In this document: in pieces, positions 1-12,730 of the stretch
How positions within the stretch are numbered: the first letter of the stretch is position 1
Layout: every line of letters starts with the position of its first letter
Assembly: GCA_041690395.1 (NCBI GenBank)
Contig: JAWLHJ010000001.1
Location: 928,001 to 992,000, forward strand
Reading direction: 5' to 3'
DNA from: Longimicrobiales bacterium
Lineage (GTDB): Bacteria; Gemmatimonadota; Gemmatimonadetes; Longimicrobiales; Gaopeijiaceae
DNA length: 64,000 bases
Program-made: the position numbers and the translations under genes
The notes under the pieces: model-generated
What the model was told of the DNA's origin: nothing
Database searches by the model: none
What the model saw: the letters and a program-made list of their open reading frames with translations, nothing else

Positions 1-507
1 ATCGAACATCGACTTGAACGTCGACGACCAGGCCTGCTTGTACCAGATGGAGCGCTGCATGAGCGCGACGGCGTAGCAGCTGAAGGCGACCGTGCCCGTG
101 ACTCGGAAGACGTCGATGTACTCGGTCCCGGGCGGTAGCATGCGGCCCCCGAGATACGCTGCGAACACGCCGACCAGCAGCGAGTAACCGAACCACTGCG
201 TGAGGCTGGCGCCCATGTGGAAGACCGCCGACGGCTCGACCACGGTCATGAACGCGACCGGTCCACGCTCCACCTTCCCGCGGTACTCGTCGGACTTCAT
301 CCCCTCGGTCGACCCGGCGTGCGGGACCACGTAGTCGCCGGGTGGGATGGACAGGTCGCGAACCGAGTTCAGGAAGGCATCCTCGTCGGGGAGCTTCCGG
401 AAGTCGTTCTTGTGGTAGGGGAGGAGCATGTGGATGAGGGAGCTGGCGATGAAGACCAGCACGCCGCTCACCAGGATCGGCATCCACAGGGAGAGGATCG
501 GGACCAT
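1..507 (-). CDS. Conserved hypothetical membrane protein, C-terminus beyond the window edge
   Basis: Open frame from ATG at 507 to base 1 (MVPILSLWMPILVSGVLVFIASSLIHMLLPYH...), several hydrophobic segments, GGAGG upstream; read manually. Confidence 0.75.
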   Translation of the reverse strand, partial: MVPILSLWMPILVSGVLVFIASSLIHMLLPYHKNDFRKLPDEDAFLNSVRDLSIPPGDYVVPHAGSTEGMKSDEYRGKVERGPVAFMTVVEPSAVFHMGASLTQWFGYSLLVGVFAAYLGGRMLPPGTEYIDVFRVTGTVAFSCYAVALMQRSIWYKQAWSSTFKSMFD

Positions 508-617
508 GGCGCAGCCTCCGGTGGCAGAAGGAGATTGCGCCACGCTAGGCGGCCGGGTCGGACCTCGCAATACCGCCTGGCAACCCGACCCGGAGCACGA
601 TCGGGCCACCGGTCACG

Positions 618-2641
<2,024 letters not shown>

Positions 2642-2645
<4 letters not shown>

Positions 2646-5098
2646 TGCACCACGAAGTTCACGAGACGTCCGTTCACATGGATCACCCGCCGCTCGGTCG
2701 TTCCTTCGAGGTGGCGTGCGACATTCTCATCGGCCCGGGCCGCGGCGATGACGTCGGCTTCCGCCGCGTCCTTCGCCACGTCGATCGAGCCGCGCAGCTT
2801 TCCGTTCACCTGGACGGCCAGCGTCACGGTATCCTCCACGAGCTTGGCCTCGTCGAAGCTCGGCCAGTTCGCGCCGTCGAAGATGCCTCCCTCGTGCCCG
2901 AGCCTCTCCCAGAGCTCCTCGGCCATATGCGGCGCGAACGGCGCGACCATGACCACGAGCGGCTCGATCTCCGCGCGCGCGGCCGTTCGTCCGCCGGAGC
3001 GCACCGTGTTCAGGCACTCCATGAGCGCGGCGATCGAGGTGTTGTAGCCCAGCTCCGGGATCTGCTCGGTGACCTGCTTGATGGTCTGGTGCACCTTCCG
3101 CTCGACGTCCGCATCGGGCGTGGCGTCGGGGTCGGCGGAGACCACCGTGTCCCAGAGGCGGTGGAGGAAGCCGTGCGGACCCTGGATCCCCTCGGCCCGG
3201 TAGTCGCCACCCTCCTCGAACGGTCCCAGGAACATGAGGTAGGTGCGGAACGTGTCCGCGCCGTACTCCTCGATGATCGGGTCCGGGACGATGACGTTCC
3301 CCTTGCTCTTGGACATCTTGGCGCCCTCGGCGATGATCAGGCCGTGGGCGCGGAACTTCGTGAACGGCTCCTCGAAGTCGATGTATCCCAGGTCCTTCAG
3401 CACCATCGTGATGAACCGCGCGTACATCAGGTGGAGCACCGCGTGCTCGTTCCCGCCGATGTACGTGTCGACCGGGAGCCACGACTTCGTGATCTCCGGA
3501 TCGAAGGGCCGGTCGTCGAAGTCCGTCGACGGGTAGCGCAGGAAGTACCAGCTCGAGTCGAGGAACGTGTCGGACACGTCGGTCTCGCGCCGGGCGTCAC
3601 CGCCGCACGAAGGACAGGATGTCTCGTACCACTCGGCCACGCGTGCCATGGGACTCACGCCCGAGTCGTCCGGCTTGAAGTCCTCGACCCGAGGCAGGAC
3701 GACGGGTAGTTGGTCCTCCGGGACCGGAACGGCGCCGCACTTCGGGCAGTGCACGATAGGAATGGGCGGGCCCCAGTAGCGCTGCCTGGAGATGCACCAG
3801 TCGTGGAGGCGGTACTGCACGCGCGCCTCGCCCCAGCCCTGATCGGCGGCCCAGGCGGTCACGGCCCGCACCGACTCGGTCACGTCCGTACCGTCGAACG
3901 GGCCCGAGTTGACCAGGCGGCCGGGGCCGACGTAGGCCTCCGCGAGCGGTGTATCTGCGTCCTCGTCCGGACCCGCCACGACCCGGACGATCGGCAGATC
4001 GAAGGTCTCGGCGAACTCGAAGTCCCGCTCGTCGTGGCCCGGCACGGCCATGATGGCGCCGGTTCCGTACTCCATGAGCACGTAGTCGGCGATCCAGACC
4101 GGGATGGCACGTCCGGTGGCCGGGTTCCGGCAGTATCCGCCGGTGAAGACGCCGGTCTTGGTGCGATCGGCCTTCTGGCGGGCGACGAGATCCTTCTTCT
4201 GGGCCTGGTCACGGTACTCCGACACGGCCGCCGCCTGCTCCGGACGCGTCACCGTGTCGACCAGGGGGTGCTCCGGCGACAGCACCATGTAGGTGGCGCC
4301 GAACACGGTATCCGGCCGGGTGGTGTAAACCTCGACCTGACCCGTCGTGTTGGCGCCCGTGACGTCGAGGATGGGGAAGTGGAGCTGGGCGCCCTGGCTC
4401 CGGCCGATCCAGTTCGACTGGGCTTTCTTCGTCGTCTCCGACCAGTCGATCGTCTCGAGGTTGTCGAGGAGCCGCTGGGCGTACTTGGTGATCTTGAAGA
4501 ACCACTGGGCGATCCGGCGCTGCTCGACCGGCGTGCCGCACCGCTCGCACTCGCCGCCCACGACCTGCTCGTTGGCGAGCACGGTCATGCACGACGGGCA
4601 CCAGTTGACCGGGGCCTCCTTCCGCTCCGCGAGTCCTGCCTCGAAGAGCTTCAGGAAGATCCACTGCGTCCACTTGTAGTAGGACGGGTCGGTCGTATCG
4701 ACCGTGTGCGTCCAGTCGAACATGCCGCCGGTGCGGCGGAGCTGGCGGGTGAAGTTCCGCACGTTCGACGGAATGAGGTCCATCGGATGCGTGCCCTGCT
4801 TCAGGGCGAAGTTCTCCGAGTGGATCCCGAATGCGTCGAAGCCGATCGGCTCGAAGACCTGGCGACCGAGCAGGCGCTGGTAGCGCCCGTGTACGTCCGC
4901 GCCGGTGAACGCGTAGATGTTGCCCACATGGAGGCCCTCGGCAGAGGGGTAGGGGAACATCATGAGGTTGTAGAAGGGCCGCTCGGCGGAGCGGAGCTCG
5001 TCCACGGTGAAGGCGTTCGTGCCGCGCTCTTCCCACAGGCGCTGCCACTTCTCTTCGATGGAGGACGGTTGGTAGCCGTCCCGTTCCTGATTGGCCAT
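2642..5098 (-). CDS. leuS: Leucine--tRNA ligase
   Basis: MFPYPSAEGLHVGN (HIGH-type), GTGAIMAVPGHD editing motif, DWCISRQRYWG, KMSKSKGN; start reset to MANQERD at 5098. Confidence 0.97.
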
Positions 5099-5278
5099 GG
5101 CTCGTTCGGCGGCGGGGCTCACGCAAAGAACCGCTAAGCTACATGGCCGGGGCGGGCGACCCAAGTGCGACTCCGGGTCGGTTCGACCGGTGGCCGGCTC
5201 CCGGGCCTTATCGGCACCGAACTTGCCTCTCCGGGTAGACCTCCTGCCTCGCGACCTTCCGCCTCCGTCCCCCCGCCG

Positions 5279-7027
5279 ATGTCAGACAAGAAGAAGATCT
5301 CCGGGGCGAGCCTCCGGCACGCCTTCGAGGAGATCATCTGGCCGCGCAGGAAGCTCATCTTCCTCGGCCTCGTGCTCATCCTGTTGAACCGGCTGAGCGG
5401 CCTGGTCCTGCCGGCATCGACCAAGTACCTGGTGGACGACGTCATCTCGGGCGGGAACGGCGACCTCCTCTACCAGCTCCTCGGGCTCGTCGGCCTCGCC
5501 ATCGCCGTCCAGTCGGCGACGTCGTACGCGCTCACCATGCTGCTCAGCGTCGAAGCGCAGCACCTCATCGCGAATCTCCGGGCCCAGGTGCAGCAGCACG
5601 TGCTCAGGCTTCCCGTGCGCGTGTTCGACAACACGAAGTCCGGCGAGCTGGTGTCGCGGATCATGGACGACGTCGAAGGCGTGCGGAATCTGGTGGGCAC
5701 CGGTCTGGTGCAGCTCGTGGGCGGATCGGTGACCGCTGTCGTGGCGCTGGTCTTCCTCCTGGGCATCGATCCGGTGATGACGGTGCTGGCCATCTTCCCG
5801 CTGCTCGCGTTCGGCTGGGTTTCGTCGAAGGCGTTCAGCACGCTCCGGCCGGCGTTCCGGGAGCGCGGGCAGATCCGCGCCGAGGTGACCGGCCGCCTCA
5901 CCGAGGCCCTCGGGGGCATCCGGGTCATCAAGGGCTTCCACGCGCTCGAGAAGGAAGCCGAGATCTTCTACGAGGGCGTGCTGCGGATCTTCGACAACGT
6001 GAAGACGACGTTGAAGACGTCCAGCATGGTCACGAGCCTCGGCACCTTCTTCATGGGGCTCGCCAGCGTGCTCATCATGGGGTACGGTGGTCGCTTGGTC
6101 CTCATGGACCAGCTCACGCTGGGCGAGTTGTTCAGCTTCACCCTGTTCCTGGGCTTCCTGATCGCGCCGGTGCTCCAGATCTCGAACATCGGGACGCAGA
6201 TGACCGAGGCGTTCGCCGGCCTCGACCGGACGTCGGAGCTGCTCGGGTGGCCCCAGGAGGACGACGACCCGCTGCGCACCGAGACCATGCCGCGTATCGA
6301 GGGGCACCTCCGCTTCGAGGACGTGCACTTCTCCTACGACGCGGACAAGCCGGTGCTGCACGGGATCTCGTTCGAAGCCGACCCCGGGTCGGTCGTCGCC
6401 CTGGTCGGGAGCTCGGGCTCCGGCAAGTCGACCATCGCGGGGCTCGCGGCGTCCTTCCTCGAGCCGGCCGACGGGCGGGTGCTCGTCGACGGGATGGACC
6501 TACGGCGGGTGAACCTGGCTTCCTACCGGGCGCAGCTGGGACTCGTGTTCCAGGACGACTTCCTGTTCGACGGCACCATCCGCGAGAACCTCCGGTTCGC
6601 GAGGCCCACGGCGACCGACGGTGAGGTCGAAGACGCCGCGCGGATGGCGTACGTCACCGAGTTCACCGATCGGTTCCCGGACGGCCTCGACACGCTGATC
6701 GGCGAGCGCGGCGTGAAGCTCTCGGGTGGGCAGCGGCAGCGCGTGACGATCGCGCGGGCGATCCTGGCCGACCCGCGCATCCTACTCCTCGACGAGGCGA
6801 CGTCGAGCCTCGACACCGAGAGCGAGGCGCTCATCCAGAAGAGCCTGAGCGAGCTGCTCAAGGGTCGCACGACCCTGGTGATCGCGCACAGGCTGTCCAC
6901 CATCCAGCGCGCCGACCTGATCCTCGTGGTCGAGGACGGCCGGATCGTGGAGTGGGGTCGGCACGACGAGCTCATATCGCGGCGTGGCCGCTACCACGAG
7001 CTCTACACGGTGCAGGCGCGGATCTGA
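5279..7027 (+). CDS. ABC exporter, fused permease/ATP-binding protein (MsbA-like)
   Basis: N-terminal TM domain, Walker A GSSGSGKS, signature LSGGQRQ, LLLDEATS, H-loop IAHRL. Confidence 0.95.
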   Translation: MSDKKKISGASLRHAFEEIIWPRRKLIFLGLVLILLNRLSGLVLPASTKYLVDDVISGGNGDLLYQLLGLVGLAIAVQSATSYALTMLLSVEAQHLIANLRAQVQQHVLRLPVRVFDNTKSGELVSRIMDDVEGVRNLVGTGLVQLVGGSVTAVVALVFLLGIDPVMTVLAIFPLLAFGWVSSKAFSTLRPAFRERGQIRAEVTGRLTEALGGIRVIKGFHALEKEAEIFYEGVLRIFDNVKTTLKTSSMVTSLGTFFMGLASVLIMGYGGRLVLMDQLTLGELFSFTLFLGFLIAPVLQISNIGTQMTEAFAGLDRTSELLGWPQEDDDPLRTETMPRIEGHLRFEDVHFSYDADKPVLHGISFEADPGSVVALVGSSGSGKSTIAGLAASFLEPADGRVLVDGMDLRRVNLASYRAQLGLVFQDDFLFDGTIRENLRFARPTATDGEVEDAARMAYVTEFTDRFPDGLDTLIGERGVKLSGGQRQRVTIARAILADPRILLLDEATSSLDTESEALIQKSLSELLKGRTTLVIAHRLSTIQRADLILVVEDGRIVEWGRHDELISRRGRYHELYTVQARI

Positions 7028-7108
7028 GGGTCTCGCGCGGCTTCCCGAGGCCGGCTGCGGGTGTGCGGCCGTGGTCGCCCGCCGGGAGCCCGGCGGGCGA
7101 CCGTCACC

Positions 7109-7930
7109 TCAAGCGGGCTTCCGAGCTCGGAAGTTGATGCCCACCGTACCGAACTTCGCCGCGCTCGACTGTTGAGGGGCGCCGGTGAAGACGTCCTTCT
7201 TCCAGGTGATCTCGAAGCCCGTGAATCCGTTGGCCACGACCGTGGCCTGGAGCTCTTCCTCGAGAAGAGCCCCCGCGATTCAGCCGGTCCAGAGCTCGAT
7301 CTTTCGCTTCGCTCCGTCGCCGACCGGCTTGCTCACCATGATGTCGGCGATCTGGAGCCGCCCTCCGGGCCTCAGCACACGCGCCATCTCCTGGAGCGCG
7401 GCGGCCTTGTCGGGCATGAGGTTCAGGACGCCGTTCGAGATGACGACGTCCGCCCATCCGTCCTCGACGGGAAGCTCCTCGCCGTAGCCCTTCCGGAACT
7501 CGACGTTCTCGAGATCCATCGCCTCGGCCGAGCGCTGGGCCTTGTCGAGCATGGCATGGGTCATGTCGACGCCGACGGTTCGGCCCGAGGGCCCGACCAT
7601 TCTCGCTGCGATGAGGGAGTCGATGCCGGCTCCGCACCCGATGTCCACCACGCGCTCTCCTGGACGGACTGCGCCGAGGCTGAATGGGTTTCCGGTTCCG
7701 GCGAACGATTCGACGGCCTGCTCGGGTAGTCCCTCGAGCCAGCTGTCCTCGTACTCGAGGATGCGGGCGAGGGGGCGGCCGGTGTGGAAGTGGAAGCCCT
7801 GGTCGGGCGAGCGCGCCACCGTTTCATACTCCTCCTGGATCGCGCAGCGGAGCGTCTCGAGATCGAGGTCCGGTACCGCGGTCGAGGATCGGGTGTTCGG
7901 GGTCGCTTCCTCCTGAGAGGGATTGCTCAT
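7109..7930 (-). CDS. ArsM-like SAM-dependent methyltransferase, probable selenoprotein (UGA at codon 217 read as Sec)
   Basis: VVDIGCGAGID and DVVISNGVLNL motifs; in-frame TGA at 7282-7280 in WTG*IAGA, where ArsM-family proteins have WxxCIAGA; frame stays open 56 more codons to TGA 7111-7109; RBS GGAGG before ATG 7930. Confidence 0.85.
7249..7273 (-). promoter_or_regulatory. Candidate bacterial SECIS hairpin
   Basis: GGGGCTCTTC-TCGAG-GAAGAGCTCC: 10-bp stem (one G-U), G-containing loop, starting 7 nt after the in-frame UGA. Confidence 0.7.
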
Positions 7931-8112
7931 GGCTCCTCCGTGGTTGGGGTGCCGGTGATGCGGCTCGTTGCCGCTCTCCCTCATCCTAATGGGACCCCGC
8001 CGTGCTTCGACAGGTGGGTACCCGGATTCGGGCTTCGACACCTGGAGTGCGTGGAACGGCCGGTTCGAGTGACTCCCCGGACCTTTCTCGCGACGCCGGG
8101 CCGCGCGGGGCG

Positions 8113-9213
8113 CTACCGGTGCGCGCTGGGCTCCGCCGCGGCGTCGGTGGGAGCTTTTCCGCCCGTGGGCAGCAGCTCGAACGGATCGTCGACGGCGTCG
8201 ACGCCAGCCTTCAGCTCGTCGAGCACCCGCACGAGATCCCCGTCATGGGCCTCGAGGTAGGCGTCGAAGTCCGGCAGCCGGTGGTAATAGCGCATGCGCG
8301 CCAGCAGCGTCGCATTGTTCAGAGGCGTGTCGCGGAAGCCCTGGAACGTGAACTGCTCGAACGTCGGCTGGACTTCCTCGTCGAACCGTCGGAGCGCGTC
8401 GCGGAACACGTCCTGGCGCCGCTCGAGCTTGGCCGCGGCGATGTAGCTCGGGTTGTCGTAGATGGCCTCCAGCTCCTCGACGAGCCCGTCGATGAAGACG
8501 CCGAACCGCTGGTAGTCCCGCCACCTGGCCTGTGCCCGCTGGCAGCGCACGGTGTCGGGTCCGCCTCCCTCGCGTGTGCAGAAGAAGCGGATGGCGGCGG
8601 TGCGGCCGACGAACGTGGCGAAGCTCTCGTTGAAGCCGACGTGGCCGGGCACGAACAGGTGCTGGTGGGAGAGCTCGTGGAAGACGGTCTCGACCACCTC
8701 GACGTCGTCGGCCCGCAGCATGGAGGAGAGTAGCGGGTCGTTGAACCAGCCGAGGGTGCTGAACGCCGCCGTGGGGCGGACGTACGTGTCCCACCCCTCC
8801 CGGCGGAGCTCCGCCTCCTCCCGGAACGCGTCGGCCTCGTCGAAGAAGCCCTTGTACGGGACACGCCCCACGACCGGGAACCACCACGTCTTCGATTGCA
8901 GTCGGTCCGGGTAGGCGGCCGACAGCACGAGGGCGAGCGTGTCGCTCTCGAGCTCCGTGTACATGGTGTACGACTCTCCCGCGTCGATTCCCAGCTCCTC
9001 GGCGGCGAAGCGCCGGGCCTCGAGCACCCAGGCCAGCTTGCCCCGGGTCGCCGCGTCGGTCGTGGTGTCGTTCAGCACGCGGTGGATCGGCTGGCGAGCC
9101 CGGAGGATACGCATCTCGGCCAGGCCGGCCTTCACGACGTAGACCGGGGAGCAGGCGGCGCAGCTGGCCACGAGGGCCAGCCCGCCGAACGCCAGGATCA
9201 GTCGTCGGCGCAT
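8113..9213 (-). CDS. Predicted secreted zinc aminopeptidase (DUF2265/Aminopep-like)
   Basis: Signal/lipobox-like N-terminus, WWFPVVGRVPYKGFF, AFSTLGWFNDP, HELSH and FNESFATFVG motifs. Confidence 0.85.
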   Translation of the reverse strand: MRRRLILAFGGLALVASCAACSPVYVVKAGLAEMRILRARQPIHRVLNDTTTDAATRGKLAWVLEARRFAAEELGIDAGESYTMYTELESDTLALVLSAAYPDRLQSKTWWFPVVGRVPYKGFFDEADAFREEAELRREGWDTYVRPTAAFSTLGWFNDPLLSSMLRADDVEVVETVFHELSHQHLFVPGHVGFNESFATFVGRTAAIRFFCTREGGGPDTVRCQRAQARWRDYQRFGVFIDGLVEELEAIYDNPSYIAAAKLERRQDVFRDALRRFDEEVQPTFEQFTFQGFRDTPLNNATLLARMRYYHRLPDFDAYLEAHDGDLVRVLDELKAGVDAVDDPFELLPTGGKAPTDAAAEPSAHR

Positions 9214-9215
9214 GA

Positions 9216-9407
9216 CTATTCCAGGTAGGTGCGCTCGTCCGGATCGACCGCTACGCGGAGCTCCACGAGGTCCGCTTCGGGCGCGACCTCGTCGGGGAGC
9301 GCCTCGGCCGCCGCCTTGAGCGCTTCGCGGGCGTCGGCTCCCTCCACCCTGTAGGTGTGGTAGCGCTGGCGTTGCCCGCCGTACCGTACGGTGATGTCGA
9401 AATGCAT
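9216..9407 (-). CDS. Small hypothetical protein (63 aa)
   Basis: MHFDITVRYGG...TYLE; fills the gap directly upstream of the aminopeptidase on the same strand. Confidence 0.6.
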   Translation of the reverse strand: MHFDITVRYGGQRQRYHTYRVEGADAREALKAAAEALPDEVAPEADLVELRVAVDPDERTYLE

Positions 9408-9452
9408 GCCGGAATCTACCGAGACCCTGGCGCTGTACCTATCCTCCGGGCC

Positions 9453-10763
9453 ATGAGCCCCGTCCCCATCGCCTACCGCCTCGCCGTTGCGGCCGCGCGC
9501 GTCGCCTCGCCCGTCCTGGCCCGCTCCGACTCCAAGCTCGGTAGGGGGATGGCGGGTCGGAACGATGCGCATGGCCTGCTCCGGCGCTGGGCCGAGAGGC
9601 AGCGGATGCCGCAGCGGCCCCTCGCCTGGTTCCACGCTCCGAGCGTCGGGGAGGGCCTCCAAGCGCAGGCGGTCATGCGTGCGCTGAAGGGCATCGTGCC
9701 GGAGCTCCAGACGGTCTATACCTACTTCTCCCCCTCGGCCGAGTCTCTGGGCGAGCGGTTCGGGGCCGACGTCTCCGGCTATCTGCCGTGGGATCAGGGG
9801 TCCCTCGTGGGGAGCGTCCTTGATGCGCTTCGCCCTTCCGTGCTGGTCTTCACCAAGACGGAGGTGTGGCCGGTGCTCGTCGAGCAGGCGCGCGCGCGTC
9901 GGATTCCGGTGGTGCTCGTCGCGGCCACGGTGCCGCCGGACGCGGGCCGCCTGAAGTGGCCCGCCCGGGCTCTCATGCGCGAGACCTGGAGGGCGCTCTC
10001 GGCCGGGCTCGCGTGTTCGGACGCGGACGCCGCCCGGCTGGCGGAGCTCGGGATGTCCCCGGACCGTATCGAGGTCACCGGTGATCCCGGGATCGATTCG
10101 GCGGCCGAGCGCGCCGGGGCCGCGGACCCGAGCGCTTCCTACCTGGCGCCCTTCTTCGCGGATCCCCGGCCGACGGTCGTCGCGGGCTCGACCTGGCCCT
10201 CGGACGAAGACGCCCTGATTCCGGCGCTGTCGGCGCTCCGTGAGCACGTGCCAGGCCTTCGTGTCGTCCTCGCGCCGCACGAGCCGGGCGAGGACCGAGT
10301 CGGCGGGCTCCTGGGGTCGTTCATCGAGAGCGGCTGGCACCCGAGCACCCTGGCGCACATGGAGGAAGACGGCGCCGTCGGCGACGTGAGCGCGATCGTG
10401 GTCGAGCGGGTGGGGGTGCTGGCCGATCTGTACACGGCGGCGTCGGTGGCTTTCGTCGGCGGGGGCTTCCACGACGCCGGGCTCCACTCCGTCCTCGAGC
10501 CGGCCGCCGTCGGCGTGCCGATCGTCTTCGGACCTCGGCACGCGAACGCCCGCGCGGCCTCCGATCTCGCGGCTCTGGGCGGGGCGGCCGTCGTCTCGGA
10601 CGCGAGCCAGGTCGCGCACGCCCTGCTCGAGTGGCTCACCGACCGGGAGAAGCGAGAGTACGCCGGTGGGCGGGCCCGTGCGTATATTGAAGGTCACCGC
10701 GGCGCCGCCGATCGCACGGCCCGCGCCCTCGCCTTGCTGATGAGCCCCTCGGAGCAACGATGA
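9453..10763 (+). CDS. waaA: Kdo transferase-like glycosyltransferase
   Basis: WFHAPSVGE, YLPWD, TEVWP, AGSTW, FVGGGF...HSVLEPA motifs of the KdtA/WaaA family. Confidence 0.85.
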   Translation: MSPVPIAYRLAVAAARVASPVLARSDSKLGRGMAGRNDAHGLLRRWAERQRMPQRPLAWFHAPSVGEGLQAQAVMRALKGIVPELQTVYTYFSPSAESLGERFGADVSGYLPWDQGSLVGSVLDALRPSVLVFTKTEVWPVLVEQARARRIPVVLVAATVPPDAGRLKWPARALMRETWRALSAGLACSDADAARLAELGMSPDRIEVTGDPGIDSAAERAGAADPSASYLAPFFADPRPTVVAGSTWPSDEDALIPALSALREHVPGLRVVLAPHEPGEDRVGGLLGSFIESGWHPSTLAHMEEDGAVGDVSAIVVERVGVLADLYTAASVAFVGGGFHDAGLHSVLEPAAVGVPIVFGPRHANARAASDLAALGGAAVVSDASQVAHALLEWLTDREKREYAGGRARAYIEGHRGAADRTARALALLMSPSEQR

Positions 10764-11101
10764 CCGACGCGCCGGACATTGCGGAGATCACCCCGCTAGA
10801 GCTGCATGAGCGCCTCGAAGCGGGCGACGTGCCCGTACTCGTGGATGTCCGCGAGCATTTCGAGCGGGACATCGCGGACCTCCCGGATCACGGGCAGCTC
10901 CGGATCCCCACGGGAGAGTTCATGCAGCGCATGTCCGAGATCGACCCGGAGGACGAGGTCGTCCTCTATTGCCGCTCCGGCGGACGCAGCGAGTGGGCCG
11001 CGAAGCTGCTGGCCCAGAAGGGGTACAGGAAGGTTCTGAACCTGACCGGTGGTGTGCTCGGATGGCGGAGCGAAGTCGATCCCTCTCTGCGCGCCTACTG
11101 A
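10760..11101 (+). CDS. Rhodanese-like domain protein
   Basis: LVDVRE, YCRSGGRS active-site loop, NLTGGVLGW..VDPSL..Y (MoeZ C-terminal type); ATGA overlap with waaA. Confidence 0.92.
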   Translation: MTDAPDIAEITPLELHERLEAGDVPVLVDVREHFERDIADLPDHGQLRIPTGEFMQRMSEIDPEDEVVLYCRSGGRSEWAAKLLAQKGYRKVLNLTGGVLGWRSEVDPSLRAY

Positions 11102-11111
11102 CGAGCGAGCC

Positions 11112-12701
11112 ATGAGCCGTCAATTCTGGGTTCGGGCGCTGTCCGTGGCGCTTCTGTCGGGCGCTCTCGGATGCGAAGCGGGCCCGCCCGCGTTCGACGA
11201 CCCGCCCGTCGATCCGGGCCCGTCGTCCGGCGCCGCCGTGGACGGTGAGTTGACGTCGGAAGGGGGTGAGGACTCCGACAACGACGTGACGTCCCTGGAC
11301 CGGTCCGTGCCCGCGGCGCCGGAGGGCGACGGAGGGGTGGTGGAGCCCGATTCGGCCGCCCCGCCCGCCCCGCGCCCCGTGAGCACGTCGTCGATCGACT
11401 ACCAGGCCGCGGAGCCTGCCGGGCTCCGGCTCGAGCGGGACGAGTGGGGTACAGAGCGCTTCCCCTATCCCGACGCTGTGCGTGGCATCTACCTGAACGC
11501 CTGGGCCTCCGGGTCTTCGACGCGCATGGAGGCGCTGCTCGATCTCGCCCGCCGCACCGAGATCAACACGTTCGTCATCGACATCAAGGACGCCACCGGG
11601 TACCTCAGCCACCGGACGGAGATTCCGCTCGCGCACGAGATCGGCGCGACCGAGGAGGTCCGCATCCGTGATCTCCCGGGCCTCCTGGCCCGTCTCGAGG
11701 AGGAGGGCATCTACCCGATCGCGCGCATCGTGATCGTGAAGGACCCGCTCCTGATCGCCGCCCGTCCCGATCTCGCGGTGCAGGACACGGCCGGCGGGGT
11801 CTGGGTCGACAGTAGCGACATCATCTGGCTGAACCCGTTCCATCGCGACGTGTGGCAGTACCACCTGGACATCGCGAAAGAAGTCGCCGCGATGGGCTTC
11901 CCGGAAATCCAGTGGGATTACGTGCGCTTCCCGGACGCTCCCCGTGCCGACCTCGAGCGGGCCGTCTTCGAGGGCGCGGACGGTCGCACCAAGGCCCAGG
12001 GAATCCGGTCGTTCCTGAATCATGCCCGCGAAGAGCTGGCCGAGGTCGGGGTGATGTCGACCGCGGACGTGTTCGGCGTCACGACGTCCTCGGCGCGTGA
12101 CGTCGGCATCGGTCAGGTGTGGGAGGCCTTTATCGATGTTGTCGACGCGGCGCTGCCCATGGTCTACCCCAGCCACTACTGGCAGGGGAGCTTCGGCATC
12201 CAGAGGCCCAACGCCTATCCCTACGAGATCGTCTACCGCGCGATGCGGGACGCGGCGAGACGCTCCGCGGCCGTCGAGGGTGCGGGCGTGACCCGCCCGT
12301 TTCTGCAGGACTTCACGCTCGGCGCGCCCCGGTACGAAGCCCCCGAAGTGCGCGCGCAGATCGAGGCGACTTACGACGCGGGCATCCGTGAGTGGGTGAT
12401 GTGGAATCCCGGCAGCCGCTACACGGAGGGGGCGTACGCGCCCGAGGGCGGATGGCCGATGGACGCCGAGCCCCTCATGCGCGTGGCCGGTGGCGTGTAC
12501 CCGGTGTCGAGACGGCATGTCGTGATCGACTCCGTGCGCGCCGCGGAGGCCGAAGCGGAGGCGAGGGCCCGGGCGCTGCGCGACTCGTTGAACGCGCTTC
12601 CGTTGGATACGGTGGAGGTGGTGCCCGACACCGTGGGCCTGAGTGAGCCGGACACCTCGGATGCGGTGCAGCCCGATACCGTGGGGACGCCGAGGCCGTA
12701 G
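11112..12701 (+). CDS. Putative glycoside hydrolase lipoprotein (DUF4015-like)
   Basis: Lipobox ALGC, RGIYLN, VIDIKD, GFPEIQWDYVRFP, PMVYPSHY, RPFLQDF motifs. Confidence 0.8.
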   Translation: MSRQFWVRALSVALLSGALGCEAGPPAFDDPPVDPGPSSGAAVDGELTSEGGEDSDNDVTSLDRSVPAAPEGDGGVVEPDSAAPPAPRPVSTSSIDYQAAEPAGLRLERDEWGTERFPYPDAVRGIYLNAWASGSSTRMEALLDLARRTEINTFVIDIKDATGYLSHRTEIPLAHEIGATEEVRIRDLPGLLARLEEEGIYPIARIVIVKDPLLIAARPDLAVQDTAGGVWVDSSDIIWLNPFHRDVWQYHLDIAKEVAAMGFPEIQWDYVRFPDAPRADLERAVFEGADGRTKAQGIRSFLNHAREELAEVGVMSTADVFGVTTSSARDVGIGQVWEAFIDVVDAALPMVYPSHYWQGSFGIQRPNAYPYEIVYRAMRDAARRSAAVEGAGVTRPFLQDFTLGAPRYEAPEVRAQIEATYDAGIREWVMWNPGSRYTEGAYAPEGGWPMDAEPLMRVAGGVYPVSRRHVVIDSVRAAEAEAEARARALRDSLNALPLDTVEVVPDTVGLSEPDTSDAVQPDTVGTPRP

Positions 12702-12730
12702 GGGCCAGCCGGCCCCGCCGCCCGGGCCCG

